NCBI GenBank assembly: GCA_951406725.2
Contig: OX597840.1
Coordinates: 12,896,001 to 12,960,000, forward strand
Reading direction: 5' to 3'
DNA length: 64,000 nt
From: Octopus vulgaris
Taxonomy: Eukaryota
Shown here piece after piece: positions 55,688-64,000 of this stretch (position 1 is its first letter; every line of letters begins with the position of its first letter). The notes beneath the pieces were generated by a model. That model made no database searches, had not been told where the DNA came from, and saw nothing but the letters and a program-made list of their open reading frames with translations. The translations under genes and the position numbers were made by a program.

Positions 55688-55923
55688 ATCTATTTCTTTA
55701 CTATCCACAAGGGGCTAAACATAGAGGGGACAGACAAGGACAGACAAACGGATTAAGTTGATTACATCGACCCCAGTGTATAACTGGTACTTAATTTATC
55801 GACCCTAAAAGGATGAAAGGCAAAGTCGACCTTGGTGGAATTTGAACTCAGAACGTAACAGCAAACGAAATATGGCTACGCATTTCGCCCGGCATGTTAA
55901 TGATTCTGCCAGCTCGCCGCCTT
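55688..55923 (-). mobile_element. SINE family B
   Basis: Family match. Confidence 0.85.
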
Positions 55924-56570
55924 TACCGGCGTCAAGGGGATAATGAGAACGATGATGTGAATGAAAACGATGGCGATGATAATGATGATGTTAGGGTGGT
56001 GAGGATGTTAACAAGGATGAAGATGAAAATGGTGACAATGAAAATAAAATTGATGACTGATGACGATGATGACAAACAGCAATAATGATGATTACGATGA
56101 GGATGATGTTGATGATGTAGACAATGATTATTATGATGATGATGTTGATAATAATGATGATTACGACGACATTGAAAATGATGATGTATTGTCAACGACG
56201 ACAACAATAACAATGACAACACTGACACATTGCAACACCACCACCATCACCATCACCCCAACTGTCACCACCACCACCACCACCGCTGCCACCACAATAG
56301 CTACTTATAATGCAAATGATGTCTTGTTAATTATTTCAACAAAATCTACTAATTACATCAATGAGGATATTATTTTTTTAATCTTCTTTTAAAGTATTAA
56401 AAAATTGAACTGTTTTGTTGTATTAAACTCCTAAGGTTTTAGTGGACATCATACTGGATGCCATAAAGAATTTGATTTCTGTTTGAAATTAGTGTCTATT
56501 ATTGTTTATTGACCTCATAGGTCAATACCGTCAAACTCTTAACAATCAACTCACTTTCCTGGGAATGACT

Positions 56571-56760
56571 TTAACACTTTAGCATTTAAACTGGCCATAT
56601 CCAGCCCAAATAGTCTACCTGTTTTATGTTCAAACTGGCCAGATCAGGCATCTCACACCTACCCTGCAATGTCATTTTAATAATAATTCCTAAGCTATGA
56701 GATAATACGTGATTAATTATAAAAAATGTTAATAAATAAGCATTATATTTGACAGAATAA
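56571..56760. mobile_element. Possible piggyBac-type MITE fragment
   Basis: Starts ttaa-cactttagc (TTAA|CCCTTT-like); other end not found. Confidence 0.3.
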
Positions 56761-56959
56761 GGGGTAAAGGGTAAAGACCCCCTTTGGTCATGAATGAACA
56801 GTGAACAGGAGAGGACAGGAGCAACATGAAATAAAGTGTCTTGCTCAAGAACACAACACAGCCCAGTCTAGGAATTGAACTCCCTACCTCGTGATTGTGA
56901 GCCTGATGTTCTAGCCACTTAGCCATGCATCTTCAATCATTCATATATATGCATATATT

Positions 56960-59366
56960 CCTCTGTCAATGAGAAAATTTCTTTTTGTCTGGTGTCTGGA
57001 ATATTTCAACAAATTCTTAAATGATTTTGCCTGCTAAATTTAAAAATAACTTCAGTTTTTCTCTATCAGGTCTGGTCAGAAAACCAGACCTGATAGAGTA
57101 AGTATTTTATTCATACAAGAGGCATATGATATGAATCAATAAAGAGAGGGTAACACAAAACAAAAAAAAATTCAAAATTGAAAATGCACATTGGCAAAGA
57201 TTTTTGGCAGAAAATTCAAGGAATAAATTTACACTTCTTTGTGCACCATAAATTTTGAGTAGCAGGAGTATCTCATTTTAAACACCAGCAATAGTCTGCC
57301 ATCATCACAGAGTGCCAATGTCTTTGATGCCAAGTTTCCATCTCCTTGATGTTCTAATGGAATTGTTCACCTTCTTCATCGCTAACAACTCCAAGATTTT
57401 CAGGAAAACGATCAAGATGACTAAAAAGATAATGCATTTTGATGCTCATATTTGAACCAATATCATGAGAATTTGATATCAAGTTGGTAACAAGGTCTTT
57501 ATAGTTTTCACTTTTGCGTTTCCCAAGGAAACATAGAGGGGACAAACAAGGACAGACAAAGGGATTAAGTCAATTACATCGACCCCAGTGCATAAGTGGT
57601 ACTTAATTTATCGACCCCGAAAGTATGAAAGGCAAAGTCGACCTCAGTGGAATTTGAACTCAGAACATATAAGGACAGACAAAATACCGCTAGGCATTTC
57701 GCCCAGTGTGTTAACGTTTCTACCAGCTCGCCGCTTTTCTTGCCAAACTGGCTTGGTACGGTTGTTGCTTGTGTTACTGATAACATATATATAACACTAC
57801 TTCTGCAATGGCTTGCCAAACTGGTGCTTCGTTTTCACTCATCATTTTCATGAAATTTGTGCCCTTCAAGAGCTTATGGATCTGTGGTCCATCAAAAATC
57901 CCTGCTTCAAGTTTTTCAATCATCAAATCTGGAAATACACTGCAGATATACTTGAAGCACTCCTCATCAATCTGAGTTTGATGTGCAAAGGGGGTAAATG
58001 ATCTTATCTCGCTCAACTAAAGTTTCTTCCAATATATTGGCAGCGCCACACGGAGCCATATTTATTTGAGGCAGCCAGTCTTTCTTAACATGGTGGTTTA
58101 CTTGGTCTATACTGTCCCACATGCAAAGAAAGCATGAGGATTTGGTATAACCAGATTGCTGCCCCATGAAAAAATTCATCATCTTTAAGTCAACACAGAT
58201 GACCAATTTATGATCATGATACAATATCTTCTTTAAAACCAACTTAATTGTTTCATATTTTTCCTTCAGAGTTGTCGAGTGGCCGAGTGGGACAGAGCCA
58301 TACACATTTCCATTGTGCAACAATATTCATTTTAAACTACGCTAAGAGCTGTCTATGAAAAGACGCCATTCCTCTGGCTTGTATTCCTCAATGCCAAGTC
58401 TATTAAGAAGCCTACTGACATCTCTGCAGTAAACCAGATTTTCCTCTTTTGTGAAGAAAGAAAGGAACTCTTTATGCCGACTTTATACAGTCACCATTCT
58501 CTAGAAGATTCTTCTCTTTTAGTTGGGAAGCCAACAGTTCTTCAGAATTTTTGAGGAGCTTCAAGTCACAAACTGGATCATTCAGCTGTACCTGGGAGGA
58601 TAGCTGAGGTAAAGTCTCACCTGAAAAGTCTTGATCTCTAGCGTCATCTTCAGGTGATGAATCTTCTTTGGTTGAGGGTGAAGTTATTTGAGGCAAGACA
58701 TTGAAGAAAGGAACAGGAAGATCTTCGTTGTATGGAGCTGGTTTAATAGCAGGGGCAAGATTAGGAGAGACAAGTGTTTGTTGATTTTTCCAGTTAGTAC
58801 CCTTCAAATTTAGGTTACAAAAATAGCAATCATCCACGTGATTATAGGGCTTCTGCCACACCATTGGTGCAGTAAACCTTATACTTTTCCTTGTCCCTTT
58901 AATCTATTGTCGCAAATATTCTGTACATTGTTTGCAGACACTATGTGGTGCCCAATATTTATCTTGTTCTCCCAGCTTGACCCCAAAATATGCCATATAC
59001 ACTCTTTCGACAAAATCAGTGATGTTTTTTGATTTTCAAGGAATGTGTATTCTCCACAAACATAACAAAACACATTTGGAGAATTAACTCAACACTTTCC
59101 TGAAGAGGAGCTTGTGCTCGTTTTCTACTGCTTCATTCACCACAACATCTAAAAAGTATGGAAAAAGAAAAAAACTTGGAATTAGACTAAGATAAATGAA
59201 CACTGCATACTGGACGTACACACATACATAGTGACCATAGGGATGTTCAATAACTTAAAAACTAGATCTGATAGGTCAAAAAGAAGGTTATATTTGGATT
59301 CAGGAGATCGATTTTGTATAGGAATGATGTCTATTTCCTAAACACCCAAAACCTTGTAGACCAGTG
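56960..59366 (-). mobile_element. Chapaev3-like (CMC superfamily) DNA transposon, near full-length but frameshifted, with SINE B at 57531-57735
   Basis: Collinear peptides FCYVCGEY, MVWQKP.NH.DDCYFC, LHNGNVYGSVPLGHS, CVDLK..GQQSGYTK..CFLCMWDS, GIFDGPQI, MSIKMHYLFSHLDRFPENLG.VSDEEGEQFH, MADYCW; 5' terminus CACTGG next to TTA; left end approximate. Confidence 0.8.
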
Positions 59367-60199
59367 TTATACATATATACACGTAGGGTAAAGATCTCTT
59401 CCAGTCATAAATGATGATAGGATTGCACTTAGAAAGTTCCCCTCCAATGCATAAGTTCAGGCAAGGTTGCTTGTAGAAGACCAGCAGTTTAAACTGCATC
59501 CCTTAGTGGGACGGGGTCCTGGTTTGGGAGTTCAAAGGTTTTGATGCATGTGGACCCTCCTCTTAGGTACATTCATTCCCAGATCTACCCTGACCCAGAG
59601 TAGTAGCACTTATCATGGTTCAAGCTATGCATGTGAAGACTGGACCTTGCACCTGTAACGCTCCCATTTATGGATTAGTTAGCATATTCAGGCTTGAAAA
59701 GACTGGATCAGGTGGACCCTGCACTTGTCAAGGTCTGAGCCATGGGTTAATTAGCATATTAAGGCTCACCTACCTATGTATGTGAAAGATGAATCTAGTG
59801 GACCTGCACTCATCAAGCTCTTACACACACACATACATACAGACATACAAACATACATATATACATACATACATACATACATACATACATGCATACATAC
59901 ATGCATATATACATGCATACATACATACATGCATGCATGCATACATACATACATACATACATACATACATGCATGCATACATACATACAGACAGACATAC
60001 AAACATACATACATGAATACATACATACATACATACATATATACATACATACATACATACAGACAGACAGACATACAAACATACATACATACATACATAC
60101 ATGATAGATGCCAACTTGTAGATGAGTATGACCATTACTGACAAATTATTCTATCCTAGATGTTAAAGACAATGGTTGGCAGCAATACCCCTTGCTGCT

Positions 60200-60985
60200 T
60201 GCTTGATGCTCCTGCTTGATGGGGCTGGAGTCATCCCAGATTAGGAGTCCCAGAAGTGTCATTGTGTGAAGAGCTGATCAGGTCCACCAATGTCCCCATT
60301 GCTGATGGTCACATGCCAGTCCCTCTGCATTCTCCAAGATGATGTTGAGCCTCAGGAGATATTCCTCAAACATGTCATCACGTCCAGCCATTTGGTGTGT
60401 GCCCTATCATGGGGCCTCTTCCAGCCCACAGCTGCTGCTGCTGCATCAAATGAGAGTAAGGCCCTGATAGGATGATCTGCTGGGAGGTGGAAGGCATATC
60501 TATACCAGTGCATGAAGCAGATAGCACAGGTGAGAGGTTGTGGGCTGATGTGTGTACACATGTAGTTCTTACGTGGAGGTGCATGGCTTAGTGGTTAGGG
60601 TGTTGGACTCATGATCATAAGATTGTGGTTTCAATTCCTGGACTGGGTGACACATTGTAGTTCTTCAGCAAGATACTTCATTTCACAATACTCTAGTCCA
60701 CTCAGCTGACAAAAAGGAGTAACCCTGCAACAGACCAGCATCCCATCCAGGTTGAGAATCTATACACCATGAAACCGGGAAACTGGCCCTTCTGACTCAG
60801 GAAGGTAACTTTTCCTTACCTTTACATGCAGTTCTTAGTCAGAAGTATGATGGTACCATCAGAAATTCTTGATGGTTCTCAGGGCTCTGCTATGGAAGCT
60901 CTTGATCCTATTTGCCAGGGTCTTCGTGAGGGGTCATATTTCTGTTCCATCACTAGCAACAATGCCCACATTGAAATTTAAAGTC
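60200..60985 (-). mobile_element. Degenerate RTE-like LINE fragment interrupted by SINE C (14-bp TSD)
   Basis: HLPADHPIRALL...GWKRP..R..TKWLD; acatgYagttctta at 60558-60571 and 60824-60837. Confidence 0.65.
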
Positions 60986-61084
60986 AATCATACATGCAGT
61001 CAGTTCTATAAATAAACTCACATACATACAGATATTCACACATATTCACACATACATATATACATACATACATACACGTATACA

Positions 61085-61120
<36 letters not shown>

Positions 61121-61132
61121 CATACATAGATA

Positions 61133-61515
61133 AGCACAGGAGAGGCTGTGTGGTAAATAGCTTGCTTACCAACCACATGGTTCCAGGTTCGGTCCCACTG
61201 TGTGGCACCTAGGGCACATGTATTCTACAATAGCCTCGGGCTGACCAAAGCTTTGTGAGTGGATTTGGTAGACAAAAACTGGAAGAAGCCTATCGTATAT
61301 ATATGTATGTATATGTTTGTGTGCCTGTGTTTGTCTGCCCAACATCGCTTGATAACCGATGTTGGTTTATGCCCCCGTAACTTAGCGGTTCGGCAAGAAA
61401 GACCAATAGAATAAGTACTAGGCTTACAAAGAATAAGTTCTGGTGTCAATTTGTTTGCCTAAAGGTGGTGCTCCAACATGGCCGCAGTCAACTGACTGAA
61501 ACAAATAAAAGGATA
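61133..61515 (+). mobile_element. SINE family A
   Basis: Family match. Confidence 0.85.
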
Positions 61516-61730
61516 AAAAAAAACATACATACATACATATATACAGACATACATACATACAGACAAACAAACATATAGATGCAGATACATATATACAAAC
61601 AGACGTACATACACACAAACATACATACATATAGACATACATACAGACATACAAACAGACATACGTATATACATACAGATGTAAATACATACAGACATAT
61701 ATTTGTGCACATGAATGTGTGTATATGAGC

Positions 61731-61766
<36 letters not shown>

Positions 61767-61797
61767 TCATCATCGTTTAGCGTCCGCTTTCCATATG

Positions 61798-61849
<52 letters not shown>

Positions 61850-61988
61850 TAGATAGATAGATAGATAGATGTGTTTATGTGTGTGTGTGTATATATATAG
61901 AGAGAGAGAGTGAGAAAGAAGGAGAGAAAGAGAGAAAAGAAGAAAGAGACAAGCAGAAAATGAGAGATTTAAACATATGTGTGTGTGG

Positions 61989-62049
<61 letters not shown>

Positions 62050-62445
62050 CCACACACACTTTCTTAATCCTGTTGGTCAGTGAGTCAGGTTAATTTGCAT
62101 CACACTCTCAATGGTGGAGTCGGTGGTGGCAGTGGCAGTGGTGGTGGTGGCAGTGGTAGTGGTGGTGGTGGCAGTGGCAGTGGTGGTGGTGGCAGTGGTA
62201 GTGGTGGTGGTGGCAGTGGCAGTGGTGGTGGTGGTGGTGGTGGTGGTGGTGGTGACGGTGGCAATGATAATTTTTTAATGATGTTGGATATAATAGTAAA
62301 GGCGATGATAGCAGTGGTGATGCTGACAGTGTTGGTAGTGGTGGTGGTTGCAGCGGCGGTGGTTGTGGGGTGACGGTGGTGGTGATAAGATAAACGAATT
62401 CTAGTTATGAAGATGTGTCTGTAGAGATGAGATAAAGAGATAGTA

Positions 62446-62783
<338 letters not shown>

Positions 62784-62788
62784 GGATG

Positions 62789-62842
<54 letters not shown>

Positions 62843-62845
<3 letters not shown>

Positions 62846-63340
62846 GTTTCTTTATTGGCCACACAGGGCTGCACACAGATGGGACAAGTTACAAGGTAGA
62901 GCTTTTCTTTTGGGGGATGAAGAGAACAAAAAACAAAAGAAAAAAAAAATGGGTGGCGTAGGTTTTCGATCAAGAGGGATCGTAAAAGGGAAGAAAAGAA
63001 CAAAAACAAAAAAGGAAAAGGAAAAGGAACAAAAGGAAAGAGAAATGAAAAAAGAAGAAAAAGGGGAAAAAAATGGGGAAGAGGGAAAAAAAAAAAAGAA
63101 CGATCAATAGGGATCGTGTATCACAGTGTTATGATATATGGTGTAAAGGGGAAAGCAAGTAAGGTTTATCCATGGGAAGAAAAGCCTACGAAAAAGACCA
63201 CGGTAACCTTAGTCAATATTGTTATATGTTACCACATTTGTTTGCAAGTGGGTAACCCTCTGTTTTCAATTTCTGGGTTCATAGGATTATGCTCAAGGTG
63301 GCTTCGTCACTCATACGTGCCATCCTTGCTACATTCACCC
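62843..63340 (-). mobile_element. 5'-truncated non-LTR element inserted in (GATA)n
   Basis: (GATA)n on both sides; 3' end shared with 24438-24550. Confidence 0.65.
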
Positions 63341-63642
63341 AAGATAGATAGATAGATATATAGATAGATAGATAGACAGAGAGAGACAGACAGACAGAGA
63401 CAGAGGAAGCAAACAGTATTTGTTATGATGTAAATTTGGTGCTGTAAATATTACAACATATTTTATAATGGAAGGGTAATCTGTTATAATATATGTTAAT
63501 TTATGCAGAGTAGGAAGAGAAGGAAAAGAAGAGAGAAGGAGAGAAAGGGTTGTATGCAAGTAGTGTGTATGTGTGCGTGTGTGAGTGTGTGTGTGTATGT
63601 GTGTGTGTGTGTAATTGCATCTGGGTTTTTCCATATGTGTGC

Positions 63643-63690
<48 letters not shown>

Positions 63691-63692
<2 letters not shown>

Positions 63693-63725
63693 TAGCAGAG
63701 ATACCCGGCGTTGCTCAGGATTAAA
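63691..63725 (-). mobile_element. Helitron-like 3' terminus
   Basis: Reverse reads cctgagcaacgccgggtatctctg-CTAG-t. Confidence 0.5.
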
Positions 63726-64000
63726 GTGGCATAGTTTTTTTTATTGTTTTACTTGTTTCGCTCATGTGATTGCAGCCATGGTGGAGCAATACATTTATTC
63801 TTTGTAAGCCTAGTATATATTCTATCAGTGTCTTTTGCTGAACTGCTAAGTTATGGAGATATAAACACAGCAACATCGGTTGTCAAGTGATGGTAGGGGT
63901 ACAAATACAGACACACACATGCACAGATATTGGCCCATATATATATATAGGGAGAGTTTACGAAAAAAACAAAAGATGAAGACAGGTGGTGTACATAGCA

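Noticed and set aside
62080-62373. GGGGSGS-repeat ORF
   Set aside because: Simple (GGT/GGC/AGT)n repeat without signal peptide or splice context

Overview
Repeat-saturated, AT-rich animal DNA, most likely an octopus (coleoid cephalopod) intergenic or intronic region. The taxon is inferred from the tRNA-derived SINE families and the very high (TA)n/(GATA)n/(TTA)n microsatellite load. Nearly all ORFs in the supplied track are microsatellite or SINE artefacts, and no intact host gene is evident. The window holds three SINE families, an RTE-related (GAT)n-tailed family, R4/Dong-like and RTE LINE fragments, an ORF1-only Tx1-like insertion with a 17-bp TSD, mariner/Tc1/DD37D-like/Chapaev-like DNA transposons and a non-autonomous Helitron. 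The most notable signal is a dispersed set of type I hammerhead ribozyme motifs. Five have the full CUGANGA...GAAA core with a palindromic stem III, and a further family has a minimal variant core. They lie in Penelope-like (GIY-YIG) termini and short non-coding elements inserted in (TA)n tracts, often the internal TA tract of a SINE. Other highlights are several long fold-back palindromes (one enclosing a tRNA-like Pol III unit), a tandem array built from a SINE A-box head, a twin-primed RTE insertion and a frameshifted, signal-peptide-bearing Gly-rich (GGLG) coding candidate. All calls come from manual reading; coordinates of degenerate repeats are approximate.
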